Positions 40,301 through 53,789 are shown, numbered from the stretch's first letter. The stretch is 64,000 bases of DNA from Acanthaster planci (GCF_001949145.1 NW_019091355.1:1697107-1761106); one strand, 5' to 3'. Numbers and translations: made by a program. Notes: a model not told the origin generated them from the sequence alone.

Positions 40301-40938
40301 GCCAACCTGACTTTGGAAACTTTAGAAATGGCTCAGTCAAGACAACGCAGTTTCAGACTTGGCCAGGCCAATAATAACCCAGCATTTCTTGAAAAGGTGT
40401 CAAGAGACAACTCACTGTACCGCTATGAATCCACTCAAAACGAGGAAATGTTGTCTTCAACAGGGCTCACGTGATATGCACTCGTCAAATTCTGGTCAAA
40501 TAAGCTTACAACAGTGCAGTCCTGTGCTTCGCGGTGTCCGAGCACAAGTAAATGCAGTGTTCTTATAGATTTAATTTTGTGCATGGAATTTAATATTGAT
40601 CTTGATTTTGTGAGAAAACGTACATAGTTTAGATAAATACCGATTGTGTCTTAATATCACAGCAAGTCAATTACGTATACTTCTACATATTCCCCTAATA
40701 ACACTGATGGTTGTCCGATAGTGTACTGTGCACATGCTGCCTCTTCACAGGTCGTCGCGTGTGTCTCGGGGAGCACCTAGCTCGGATGGAACTGTACATT
40801 ACGTTCAGTTGCCTCATGCATCAGTTTCACTTCCGAACACCAGAGGGCGCCACACCCGTCTCATTCGAGGCGTGCTACAGCGGATTAACACGCTCCCCAG
40901 CACCATTCGAAATCTGCGCGATTCCGCGAGACGATTAG
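37328..40938 (+). CDS. Cytochrome P450, CYP2 clan (CYP2J/2U-like), paralog A, 502 aa
   Basis: Exons 37328-37530, 37803-37948, 38342-39155, 39319-39476 and 40751-40938 (1509 nt, GT-AG, phases consistent). N-terminal TM plus PPGP, WVELRR, I-helix AGTETT, EVQR, FRPERF and heme motif FGIGRRVCLGE. Confidence 0.96.
40160..40312 (-). mobile_element. tRNA-derived SINE in the last intron of CYP paralog A
   Basis: Minus strand has A box TGGCGTAGTG and B box GGTTCGAATCC, followed by a non-tRNA body (...CACATGTGGATTGGG...GGGTTTTCCTCC). It does not fold into a full cloverleaf. Confidence 0.75.
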
Positions 40939-42866
40939 TGTTTTGACGCCTGAATAATGTCTCGTAATGGTGTCCCACGACTAACAAGTCTTTCTATCTG
41001 CGACTCGCTTCTGTTCCATAGGTTTTGCGTATTATTTCTGACAAAATTGTCAAATGATTAAACGACATAGCGGGATTTTTTTCAGTTGCATTTAATCTAA
41101 AAATAAAAGAAGATCAGTTGCCAAGGACCAAGGAACATTTTGTTGCTGAATATAACACGTACAAATAGTATTGACGTTAACTATGACCTCCCAGAGTGCC
41201 AGATTAATCAGATCAGCAGTAGCCATTTAAATTCTATACAATCGCACCACAAGATCTTTTAATCAGCCAGCATTCCTTTGAAATAGTTCGGATTGATTAA
41301 GGGTATTGTAAAATACATTTTTTAAGGTTTCGTTTTCTATAGGGACTAGATTTTTAAAAATTAGTGAAAATCTTCTTCGAAGCTCTTGTACGGTCTCAAG
41401 CTTCACCTAATCTTCACTCCTAATCTCGATAAATCATCGCTTGAGCCCTGACGTATTTTAATTAATTTCATTTGAAAGAACCAGGAAAAGGAAAAAATTC
41501 ACTAAAACCCCTTGAAATTGCATCTTTGGGTTTCGATTAACCTGATTTTAAATTTTTGTTTGCATTTTTACCCATATTTTGATGCTTTTTTGCTTTTAAG
41601 CTAATGAATATTTGCATATTCATGAGCAGAACTACGATGTCATCAAAAGCACTGAATCTCAGTGTTTCACTGATTAGTGCACAGAAAATTTCTAGATTTT
41701 TTTAACCACTGCTATGTCGGATTTTATATTCTTTCGCAATTTATTGCTGTGTAAGTATATGGCAATAATCCAGCAAAAATCCTTTTCACAGAAATGTTCC
41801 CAGATAGCAAATTTGGGGTTCACAATTTGAACATGAAAACATGCAAATTGAACCATGTCTTCCTAGGTTTACATCAAAAGCGCCCTCACTTGTCCAGAAA
41901 TGCTTGGTCAAGTTTTAATGTTTGAAAAAGCGCACCGTTCAGTTCATGTAACTCAAAAAAAATTTCAAACAGTTTTCATACGTGGAAGAAGAGTACAGAG
42001 ATACACAAAATGTGATTTTAAGAAAAAACATTTCCTGGATACACAAATTGCTATCCATTTGTTCTACATCAAGGGGTCAACAGTGCTACAGGATTCTGAC
42101 CTTTGTAGATTTAAATTGTTTTAAATTAAAACTAGATATGTTAATAATTTACTGTAAACTATACTGATACTATGCACATTTGTTTAAGTATAGCTCTAAT
42201 TAGCTTCAGTCATATAATGTTGGCTTGCAGCATTATACTATCGCTTTAAAGAATATGTGGTAGGTTTTTGTCACTGAGTGATCCATGGTTGTTACTCGGC
42301 TTTAATTGTTACAGCAGATGATGGCTAGATTGTAGATTATTACAGTTGATGATGACTAGATTGTAGATTGCCGTAAGACGATTAGAAGTTTTACAATGTG
42401 AATTGTCAAATTCCCTTTAAAATGCAAATGTATTAAGTTTTCACATGGGTAGCAAGCTTAGAGCAAATCTACGTAACTAGAGCTGCCCTAATAAATTAGC
42501 CACCAAAACTGAAGCGCCCTTTGGTATGGGGGCGGTACGTCAGATAGTCCATCAAGATTGCAAATCAGCTTGTCACAGGAAAGGTCAGATAAACTGACAT
42601 TTTGTGTGGCAAACGTTTAAACAAAAAAAAAACAGACGCGGAACAACATCATGCAGAAAAAAGTTAACATGTTCAGTTCATGTCACAGCGGAGTCTGTTT
42701 AACCCTCTTTGGTACAAAGGTTGTAGAATCCACAAAGCGACAGATCACATCCACGACGGCCTTAAAGTGACTGGTGTGTACCCGAGAAACAGGTTAGTGG
42801 AAAATTCCACCTAGGGCCTACACGTAAAGTATCAAAGAGTGTGTTAACTGTTAGCAATGGTGGCAG

Positions 42867-43096
42867 CAATAGACCCTTTTCACCCACGTGACTGGATTGC
42901 GCTGACAATACCGCCGCGTGTGGACCGCCTCAGCCACGGTGATCGAATACATTCATACGGGCAGCTAACTATATGCAAGCGTAAGTGCGAACACTGCATG
43001 CGTGACTAGTTTATCTTGAATAGGTAGATTACCATCACAACACTGTGCGCTGATTACCATCACATTGGTCCAGCATGATTGGAAAAAGGTCTATTG
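42867..43096. mobile_element. ~230-bp MITE in the putative 5'UTR intron of CYP paralog B
   Basis: TIRs CAATAGACCCTTTTC / GAAAAAGGTCTATTG. Confidence 0.7.
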
Positions 43097-43456
43097 AGGT
43101 TGTAACGTTGTTGAGCTTTAAAGGACAGACTGCGTGAAGGCCCATAATATACTGTAATACTTAACTTTAATTATCGTGCCTTTGCTACCGTTATAAGTAG
43201 TTTAAATGCTTAGCAGCAATTCGTATAGCACAATAAAGGCTTATTAGATTCGTTGAACGTAAAATGCCGTTTCTCTCGCGTTGATACACATTACTGTACT
43301 ATATTTCGTTGGCAAATAACACTCGTGATACCGGTATCCTAGGACATCACTTTGAGACCTCACACCCATTGTGGCACATAGGGCCTATGCATAATGGAAC
43401 ATTAATAATTTAGTATTGTTTTACTAAAGGCGACGGATACCTGAAGTGACAGCACT

Positions 43457-46400
43457 ATGGATCTTTTAGATGTCTGGAACCACATCGATGTCCGCGCAGC
43501 CCTCATTGGTTTCGTGTTGTTCGTATTCCTCTTCTGGGTTTTGCGCCGCCCAAGAAACCTTCCTCCAGGCCCCTGGGGCTGGCCTCTGCTGGGTTACTTA
43601 CCACAACTTGCAAGGACAAAAGGACCAATCCACGAGGCCTTAGTAGAACTGTCCCACAAGTAAGAACGTATTATCTCAAATCAAAACGAAATATGAATTT
43701 AGTTTGATCCACTCACATTACATGATATTATAAAAGTTACCACACCATTAAAAAAACAGAGAGATTGACACCGGTTTGTGCAGAGGTTGCACAGCGACTG
43801 TGTATTCTTGGTACATTCTTGTGAAAAATATAAATACAATGGAAGGAAATAGATGCGTATTTTAATCCAAAGACTATACCGTCTCAAAACAATACGGAAT
43901 TTTCAAGGTGATAGATACAAGATACTTAGGAGGATCAATACGCATCTAAACAGTTGAAATGGGCCAGTTCGGTATTCCAACAGCGCATGCCCAAAGTGAG
44001 GTCGTTCGGGAACAGTAAATAAGCACGCGCGAGATCTTCCCTCTCAGCGCAGCCATGCGCCGACACGCGCATGTTTGGTTTCCGATTGACCTCTTTGAAA
44101 TGGCTCATTGCCACACACCGAAGAGCCTTGACATACACCTGAAACAGCATGAAAACTTTTGCTCAGATATGGAAGCGTCGTGAGCTTCTCGGTGGCCAAT
44201 CAGCTTGTCGTTCTACTGCAAGATTATGACGTCATGAAAGAAGCATTTGCCCAGTATGAGTTAAGTGGACGGCCACGATTCGAGATCAGTCAGATAACTC
44301 TACCAGGTTACGGTAAGCGTCACTTAAGTCTCAAACATGGCAGATTTGGATTGTGCATCTAGTCCAACATAATATTATGTGTACCTTGACCTACAATGTT
44401 TACAATAATTGTGGGCCTTGCACTTTAAAGATGGGTTAATTGGCTTTCGAGCTACAGTGGTTTATTTTCACTTTTAAATTCTGGCCACCTTAAAGAGGGT
44501 TCTTTTGGTTTGTTGTTTGATGCTTGTCTTTTTCTTTTTAATATACATGTTCTAGTTTGTTTTGTTCACCCTTGTTTGGCCGAAGAAACAATAAATAATA
44601 ATAATACGTATTATAAATAATAATTATACGTATTCATGCCCTATAGAGCCATTTTATTTATACATTCTGCACAAAGCAAGGTGTTTTACTGTCCACTGAA
44701 GGCGAGGGCTAGTGGCTACAGAAAAAAAATATTTTGTTGGCATATGGAATGAAAATCAGAAGGAAGAAACTTCCAGAACATAGCATTACATGAAAAAAGC
44801 TGCAAGTTGTCCCAGATATTTATAAAGTTGACTTTCTTGCGGTAAATTTGAAAAGACAAAATTACTTCAAAAGTAACAGTTGAAACTTTTCTGCAAACAG
44901 ATGGAAATGTTTAGCGTTGGCCGCATGATCTCTTTAGACCCATCTTATTATGCATCACAAAGAAAGATTTTCAGAACAGTATACGCGCTCTCTGAATAGG
45001 GTCATCCATCCATGTTTTTTCATCTTCAAAAGGTGTCCTGTCTGCCTCTGGTCAGCCTTGGGTTGAGCTCCGTCGGTTCGCAGTGAAAACCCTCAGGAGT
45101 CTTGGAGTGGGCAAGTCAAGCTTTGAGGAGCACATCACCACGGAAATCAAGTATCTAATGGAGGAAATCCGCAAAACAAATGGAAAGACTCTAAACCCCA
45201 GACACGTGGTGGAAAACGCCGTGTCCAATGTCATCTGTTCTGTAGTCTTCGGGAGACGGTTCGAGTACACAGACTCAAGATTTAAGCGGCTCTTGGAGAT
45301 CCTGAACGAACTGTTTGAGCTGATTGGAGCTGGCGGTGTTATCCAGTTTGTACCCATATTTGCCAAGATGCGGTTCCTTCCTTTGGTAAAACAACTCATA
45401 CACACCAACTTGAGTTTCGACGAGGTTCTGTATCAACTGCTCTACAATAGGAATGGCCAACAAGGAGATGTGGACTTCAACGAGAATCCGCGAGATTTCG
45501 CGGGTGCTTTTATCAAGGAGATGTGTGACAAAGAGAATCAAGGTGTCCAGACATACATGACCCCGTCAAGCATGCAGTACACCTTTGGAGACCTGTTCGG
45601 GGCTGGCACAGAGACAACCTCTACAACGCTGCGGTGGGCGTTGCTCTTCATGGTCGGCTACCCTGAAATCCAGTCGCAGGTTCAGAAAGAGATTGACAGC
45701 GTGGTTGGACGTAACAGGCTACCCAGGCTTTCAGATAAGTCTGAACTTGCCTACGTAGAAGCCGTCCTCAGTGAAGTTCAACGTATGGGTGACATTGTGT
45801 CTCTGGGGGTGCCTCACAAGTGCATTGAAGACACAACACTGCGAGGGTATGATATCATGCAATGGGGTGCCTTGCTGGTATAACTATACACGATTACCAA
45901 CGTTTACTGTGCTATTTACTTCAGGTTCGAACATAAGTATATGAAGTAGAAAAGGTATAAAAAAAAAAATTGAAAAACACCTGCATCACTTCAAATACTT
46001 CTATCTCATCTCTCTCCGTGGTATTAGATATCACATCCCCAAGGGCTCTCTCATCGTTGCCAATATGTGGAGCGTTCACCACGACCCAGTCGAGTGGCCC
46101 AATCCCAGCGAGTTTAGACCAGAGCGATTCCTGGATGACGAGGGCAAGCTGGTTAGGCGTGATAAACTCATCCCTTTTGGAATAGGTAAGAATGTGGAAC
46201 ATTTTTCAACGGCATATAATTTCAGATTGGGGATACAAAATACCGTCTCGAACGAAATCTGATATTAACTTGGACCACAAAATGAGTGTAACACTTGCAT
46301 GCATGTTTACTTTTAAACCCACCAGGAATCATTGAGCAGCGCCCTCAAACGACTTTCAATATGAACTTTTGACAGTGTATGTGTGCACTTTTTGTCGACA

Positions 46401-46586
46401 GGTCGCCGTGTGTGTCTGGGGGAGCACCTTGCTCGGATGGAACTCTACATTATGTTCACCTGCCTTGCGCACCAGTTTCACTTCCAAACACCAGAGGGCG
46501 CTGGGCTCGTCTCGTTCGAGGCGCTTCAAGGCATAACGCACGCCCCGGCACCATTCGAAATCTGCGCAATCCCGCGAGATAATTAG
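43457..46586 (+). CDS. Cytochrome P450, CYP2 clan (CYP2J/2U-like), paralog B, 501 aa
   Basis: Exons 43457-43659, 44167-44312, 45033-45846, 46028-46185 and 46402-46586 (1506 nt). Same intron positions and motifs as paralog A. A probable non-coding first exon has its donor at 42792. Confidence 0.96.
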
Positions 46587-48462
46587 CAATGCATAGCTGC
46601 CTATCAACTTAATCGTTTTTTCAAGAATTCATACCATATTTGGAGTGCATAATATTTACTGGTAGTCTCTTAACTCACAAAAAGGAGAAAAGGGATGAAG
46701 GCATGAAATCAAGGGAAGAAATCTGAGAATTGTGTACCTTCACAGTGCTCCCCGTACATGAACAGATTTAATGAGAAACTTAACACGAATTCAATGAGAC
46801 TTTAATTCATGATAGGAAATCTTTCCTGTCAAATTACTGTGACTTTCCACTTCCACCGATAAAGTAAAATGAACAGACTTCAGCATTTGGTCTTAATGCA
46901 AATGAAAATTTCCATTTTCATGAGTCAAAGGATGATGTGATCCAAGGTAGACTGGTAGCGTCGCCATATGGCGGACACAATGTGTTTGCTAAATAATTAT
47001 GTACCCATTTCAAATACAGCACTGATGCCTGTCTCCCCTTACTTCGAAAAGACTTATAGCTCTGTTTGTAGTTTACACATAACACTCTTTTCCACTTTTT
47101 GATAGAAAGGTCCTGAATTTATTTGTTTATCGTGTTACGCAGCTTGTTTGAACTATACACGGGCAATTCTTCAATGCTTCATTGGTAGGTAATTTTAAAA
47201 GAGTTTTCCGGTAGTTTTCGTATGCGATTTGAAAAAGTTTGCCTGTATGGCAAAAGCAATTTAGCGCCTTTAATAATGATTAATGAAAGGCTTTTGTAAG
47301 AAATAGAAAACTACCACCTTCTTGTAACTTCCATTGAAAAGAAGTATGTAGACCTCGTAGTAATGCAAATAGTACTTTGTATGAAGAGAAGTTGAGCTGA
47401 ATGTCCACTGTAATGTTGCCATGAATATCCCTTTAAACTGCCATTAGCATGTAGTGCATTTAGTACAAATTGTGTCCTGGAACGGAGGATAAAATTTAGT
47501 TTTTTGATATAGAAAGGGAAATGTTTCAGGCTAAAATCGCCAAACCTTAGTCCCTAAAATTCCCTTTCACTTTCAGTTTGGCAGGATTTCAAATTCAAAG
47601 ATTAGAATTAATTATTTAATAATTAATTATTATTAATTAAAAATTTCGCGGTACATCCTGCTTCCGATCCGCCCTTTCAACTCTCGACAAACAATTATTA
47701 TCGATATAATCGACAGAGAGATAATGCTTGAAATCTAAGTGAATTTAGAGCAAAGATACATTGCGTAGTGAGAAATTACTACTACTGGCCAGATTTGCAG
47801 TGAACAATAATTCAATTTACGATTATCAAATATCCAGATGTTTTGCTCTGATTTAGAAGCAAATAATAGCGGACTTGAGCTAATCAACCGTGTCGAGTAA
47901 GCATACACCTTCCTCTATTGTACCAGAATATTAATTTGGTCGAATCCACATCTTGAAATCCGAAGACTCCTGGTGTGTGTACGTGTGTACATACACAGTA
48001 AAGTGACGAAGACAGACTGCGCCGCGTGCGCCGGGTCACGGGCAGCGAGTTTGGCATTCCGCAAAGGTCGAGCCATTACGGCTGGATCTCGGTCGGCCCT
48101 TTGTGCGGAATGGCGACCGCTCTGCTGATGATGACGAGATCGGATCGGCAAGACGCGAGTCCCAAACCTTAGCGCCCCGATGTTTCGGCGTGGAAGGCCC
48201 GGGACTGAGACCAAATATCGAGGACTCGGACTTGTAGGGTTTTTCTCCAGGAACAAAAAGAGGTGCAACATCTGACAAGAGGCTGTCCAGGAGCAGTAAT
48301 AACTCCGAAGGAAAGTGCCTCACGATCAGACTCAGTTTTCACAAAACCGACCATCTGTCACGAGCAGTCCTGTCTAGGACATGTCAAACACACCTTGAAG
48401 TGAACCGGAATCAGAAACTTCGACCCGTTTCAGCTACCAGAAAACGCAGATAAGACGTCACC

Positions 48463-48564
48463 ATGACGACACAAGGGGTGCTACTGAAAGTGCGGATGAC
48501 TGGAGGCCCGCCATGGGGCCTGCGATTTATGGGCGGGCAAGGCACACCCATCTGCATCTCAAAG
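48463..48564 (+). CDS. First coding exon of an N-terminal PDZ-domain protein (SYNPO2/Shroom/PDLIM-type PDZ)
   Basis: GTCACCATG start with an in-frame upstream TAA. Encodes MTTQGVLLKVRMTGGPPWGLRFMGGQGTPICISK, then a phase-0 donor AAG|GTAAAC. The GGxPWGxRxxGG...PxxIxK pattern and exon end resemble the first exons of SYNPO2, Shroom and PDLIM genes. Preceded by about 470 nt of GC/CpG-rich putative 5'UTR. PDZ exon 2 was not found in the window. Confidence 0.82.
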
Positions 48565-51500
48565 GTAAACTTAACTTCATTGTATCTCTGAAATATTGTC
48601 AAGAATGTTTATCCTGCCACATTTGAACATCCCCAGGCGCTTGCATTCAATCAGTACTACGATGTTAGCAAAAGATTTAACATCCTTGAAGTTGTACAAT
48701 ATTGTACAACTGTTTAAATGTTGTAAAAAGTTTGAACTTTCAACTTGTCTGGCAATAATGACTGGACAAAAGAGAGTGGAACATGTGCATTGTCAATCCC
48801 ACCCAGTCTTCATGCCATAACGCATGCAGGATCAGGACTTCTATTCCATAAATGCAACGAAAACATTACCATGATACCCAGTACTCCCGCGCCTCACTAA
48901 ACGATTACATAAATCAAAGTTTGACAACGGGAAGAAGCAATAACTCACTCTAGGTCATTATGCCTTCTCAAATATTTGATAGAGGGCCTAAAATAATAAA
49001 ATCTTTCATAATTCCACTGCGACTTATGTCGACAAACATACCACGGCACAAGAGGACACGAACCTCTTAATGACAAAGACTAAAAATCACTTAAACAAAC
49101 GACATTGAGGTTCGCGCTGACCAAATTAAGACTCCAATTTATTGTAGGTGCGTCACGTACAGAGTTTACTGGGAGCAGTAACTTTTACGATAAAATTGCT
49201 AGCAGAAGGTTGAAAGGGCGAGACGATATCGAGGGACTCCTCGAGGTGCTCGGAATAAATTGAGACTTGGGGTCAAAGGAATATTGTTGTTAAATTCTTG
49301 GGACCCATTTAGAATTCGATTTAAAGTGAAACTCATGCAAACTTGATACAGTGGTCGATGAGGAAGTGGCGTTGTTTGTGCCTCGTTTGTATGGAACAAT
49401 CACAGGCTTCTTTGTGAGATACATTGTTCAAAATAAGCCCGCCTTCAGAGGGTTTATGTTCACAAGGGCATTTTAAGGACTCCATTCATACTTTTGCTCG
49501 TTTTATTGCAATTTTTTCATATGAGTGCGGTGTAAAGAAGTTTGATGAAAACTACTTCGCAAGAAGGAGCTTGTGATCTTGTATTTGTTCGCAACTTCAA
49601 GTCATTAGTGTCAGGTATTTTGCACGTCATTTAGAGATTATTCGATTTTACAAATTAATAAGGTTATATTTGACTGAGCACTTTAACTGCAGTGGGAAAC
49701 AACAGATGTATAATTTACGCAATTTTCAAGATGTATAGCAGTTGTAAAAATCGGGAATAGGCATCCGGACAGGTAACTGTTAACACCCCCTTTTGGGACA
49801 TGTAGTTCGTAGCTAAGGCATTAATCCAAATATTGACTAAAAACGTCACAAACACTAGCCTGGGCTGTGCGCATCTGCCCTTGTCATTCCGGATGCACGT
49901 TGTGTGTAAGAAGTGTAAATGTGTATTGTTGATATGATGGAGGCAAGAGCCAGGCTATGGGATGACGATGCCGTGTGGAGAGTATTATCAAGTTCTCTGT
50001 GTACGCCATCTGCAGACACGAGGATACACATACGTGGGATGCCTTCCTGGATGCTTTTAGCATGACAAGTACTGGGGAATGATGCCAAACATAAGGACCT
50101 TTTTCTTGATCGTGACATGAAGCTGGCTGGCCTTGTGGTTCTGGTGCGATGTCTGGATATGTGCCATGCAACTGTCCCGCAAAGCAGGAAAAATGCGGCA
50201 ACATTTGTCGTCATTTTGTGCTACGACACATTTCTATGCATGCAGTTTGTTACAATAAAACCGTTACTTATCTAAAAATTGTACTGATATTAGGACACAC
50301 TCTACATTTGTGTTTCAAGAACTATTTAATTTAAACTGAACAAAATTCAATCACCTTTACGTAATTCATTTTTCAAAACATCCTATTAAACAATCTAAAG
50401 TCCGCGTCAAGCTTTGAAAGATGTTTCCAAAGTCATGACAAGTTTAGGACTGTACAAACATAAATCCAAACGGTGGGAAGACTATCTCAGTTTTGACCAG
50501 AGGAAATGAGCTGTGAAATTATCTTCTTGGTAACTTTTGTGTAGCATATTATAGACAATGGATATGCCGCTCATTGCCTCCAGTGCTGAAAACATCAGTC
50601 GAAGCAAGTGATGAAGAATCAGTCGGAGCAAAAGATGCAGAATCACTTTACCGACTTACAAAGAATAACTGGCTTGAAAAGAAGTAGATATAAAACATCT
50701 CTCAGCATTTTCACGTCGGACTTAACCTTAAAACCCCTCCGAAAATTAGTTCTGGAGTGTGTTATGCAGACTGGCATTCTTCTCTTTGGCGCCATCTCCT
50801 TATCTTTGGACGTGCGCACTTGTTGAAGTGTATGATTCAGTGGCATGTCACATCGACCTTTTAAAATAGAGAGGGTCTGTCTTTTGTTGAGGTTAAGTTG
50901 ACATAAATACTGCTGCCACAGATTGTTTAGGCCTAGGTCTGTGCAATTAGATTTAGGTGCTGTTGAAGAAATACGAACATGGAATATTGACATGCATGTG
51001 TTTATTATAATGCCGTCATGTAGCTGCCACTTGGCTTAACATTTTTGTCCAAAGAAATTTGACTTACTTTGTGCAGCAGTTCCCAAACGGCAGACGAGTC
51101 CGGACTGTTAAGCGCCGTAGTTCAGGAATCCTCTTGAAAGTATAAAATGCCATGTTCCAACCACTGCACAAAATAACCATGTTTAGAAGCAAAGCTGGAA
51201 CAATGCTTCCCGGCAGGTAGCTTTCCTACTATGTACAGCGACTCTAATTCCCATACAGAAACGAATGTCGATTGAAGCTGACCGCTTTACACAGTTTGTG
51301 CAAATGGTGATCATGTTGTCTAAAAGTTCTGAACAACACATACGGTGATATTAAGCTCCATTTTTACATATGATTTAAACCGGTTCTTCTACATCTCCCA
51401 TTTTATTTTTATTCACTGGCACATAAATCATTATCCATAAGATCGCAAGTGGCGTTAAAAAGTAACGGTGATTTGGATTTGCAATACCTAGCCTTTCTTT

Positions 51501-53243
51501 TTGAAGGGGTCCAAGTCAGTCTTTTTGGCTGTAAAGATAACGATATCCTGACGTGATTTTTATGAGATGATGCATTTGGCCTTTACATGTCGAAAAAACG
51601 CAGGTTGTATTCCCAGCAACTGTGTACTTAACATCCAGAGATTACCGCATGTTAGGCTCAGATGCTGACGTTAATGGTTAAGCGTTTTGAATAAATACTA
51701 TTAGTGTGTCTTGCTCTCCCATTTGAAAAACTTGAAGGCAATTGACACTCAACACGGCTCATACTTTTTACAAACTACTTCAACTTCGGTGAAAATGTTC
51801 CCGAGCAATTGGTCGCATTTTAATCCTAATCAACATCAACTGGTACCAAAACAATGTTTCGTTGCAATTACGTGTGAATCGTCCGAAATTTTCCATAGCC
51901 ACTAAAACCACAATTTTCTGAGGTTGCCCATCCCTCAACCTTGACCAAAATCGTCGACTCAAGGGTTGTCGACAGATCTAAATTTTAGAAGCACCTTAGG
52001 TACTGCAGTGAACATGACGATGTTCGAGCTAGCTCCGTCGGTCCCCAGAGGTCAAAGCATATGATCGAGATTCCATAAATAAGACGTCTGACACGTACCT
52101 CTGCGGTCAAAATTAATACTCTTCCATGAGCCCAGATGTGCGTCCCGTTAACGAGGAAAATTCTTTTCCTTGGGCTTCCTCAAGTTTACATGTATAGGTC
52201 CCTCCTTATCTGAAAGGCTTGGAATTTTCTGGATTTTTGCGTGTGGGGTATTTCATAGCTGATAATGAAGCCAAAAATGTGGCCCTTGGGTATAATGGAG
52301 CGAGCTAAGACAACTTTATCAAGTGTAATTGCCACGAGGAAATAAAAATTCTTAAAGTTGAAATCGGAATAGAATTTACGAGGTATTAGCTACTTCATTT
52401 TTGTCATGAGATTTATCTTTAAATGGTAACTTGAAGGATTTTTAAACTATAATCAAAATATCGTATCGATCTTCATTTTTTACAAATTTTATCTCTCATT
52501 CTATTCTCTCATTCAAACCATTGCACGAGCATAGCCAAGTACGGATAGCGCTGATTAGGCGTGACCTTTTTTCGTCTCAAATGATAGGCTTACGCGCGAA
52601 CTTTCCAACGGCCAATTTAAATCGAACATCAAACAGTGCACCTTTAAATAGGCTCAGATTGAATAGCATGAGTCTCATATGAGAAGAACATATCATTCCA
52701 GTGCATTCTCCATTCCCATGACTGACGAAGTGAAACCTTTTTTATTTTTAAATTATCGTCTCAAACATAAGAGGAGATCCCTGTGACACCAGATACGCTG
52801 CGCGCTTGCCAGAAATAGCTAAGGATATATGACAGGCTACCCTGGGCAGGATACGAAGGATTGTTCTCTGACATTTATTAGTGTTCTACCTTATGAGTTT
52901 GTGTTATATTTTACAATCCAACCGCTTTCACTACTTGTTTCAATTTTATAAACAAACCAAATTTTTGGCTGAAATTATTAAGTACCGGTAAGAGATTTGA
53001 TGCACGCGCCGTTGTCCATTATGCGCGTACACATTCTTATAATTTGATACGCTGGTGAAGTGAGCGGTACAATGCACATTATGTACCATCCTCTTTTATG
53101 CATGCCTCATAAGTGCATGATATATTTTTAATTGTTTGGTCAATGCTTATCAGTGGAAGTATTTTGCCATTACCATTATATGACAAAAAAATTGTTGTAA
53201 GAAACATTTAAAACAAAAGAGCCAATTTTTTTCTTACAAAATG

Positions 53244-53315
53244 GGGCTTGTCCGGGAATTGAACCCGGGACCTCTCGCACCCGAAGCGAGAATCATACCT
53301 CTAGACCAACAAGCC
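53244..53315 (-). tRNA. tRNA-Pro(CGG)
   Basis: 72-nt canonical eukaryotic tRNA-Pro; anticodon loop TTCGGGT; intact A and B boxes and stems. Confidence 0.95.
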
Positions 53316-53379
53316 ATTGATGCGTTAAAATTTCTTGCTCTGCGCTTATTCGTTTCATAGTTTAACTTCACAAAAATAG

Positions 53380-53441
53380 GGGCCTGTTCTGGAACTGAAG
53401 CTGGGACCCATCGAACCTTAAGGGATACTCATACCAAAGCC
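53380..53441 (-). pseudogene. Heavily decayed tRNA-Pro copy
   Basis: Alignable to the tRNA-Pro reverse complement (gggcctgttctggaactgaagctgggacc...cataccaaagcc) with many substitutions and a D-arm deletion. Confidence 0.65.
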
Positions 53442-53717
53442 GTCAAAGGGAGCTGGCTGTCGCCTCATTTGTACATGAAATTTCAACATGTTCTTTTACA
53501 GCACACGATAAAGTCACGGTTCAGTGAAAAACTCAACTTATCTTATCCAGCATTCACCTTATCCAAATTTGAATCTATTGTAACAAAATAAACACCACCT
53601 TTCAAATTCTTAATTTATTTTTTATTTTTGCAAGAAAGGAAATAAATTGAGATAATCTGGTTAAACATGAACGTAGCTTATTTACCTAATTACCCAATAA
53701 ATAAATAAAAGAAATGT

Positions 53718-53789
53718 GGGCTTGTCCGGGAATCGAACACAAGACCTCTCGCACCCAAAGCGAGAATCATGCCACTAAACCAACAAGCC
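53718..53789 (-). pseudogene. tRNA-Pro(TGG) probable pseudogene
   Basis: 72 nt, but the T-stem 5' strand is TTGTG instead of CCGGG (two G.U pairs and one mismatch) and there is a D-arm change. Confidence 0.7.

Noticed and set aside
41290..42125. AT-rich segment resembling a decayed DNA transposon between the CYP genes
   Set aside because: Could not define TIRs, a TSD or a second copy.
47915..48602. Minus-strand ORFs around 48 kb
   Set aside because: Better explained as the antisense of the GC-rich 5'UTR and first exon of the + strand PDZ gene.
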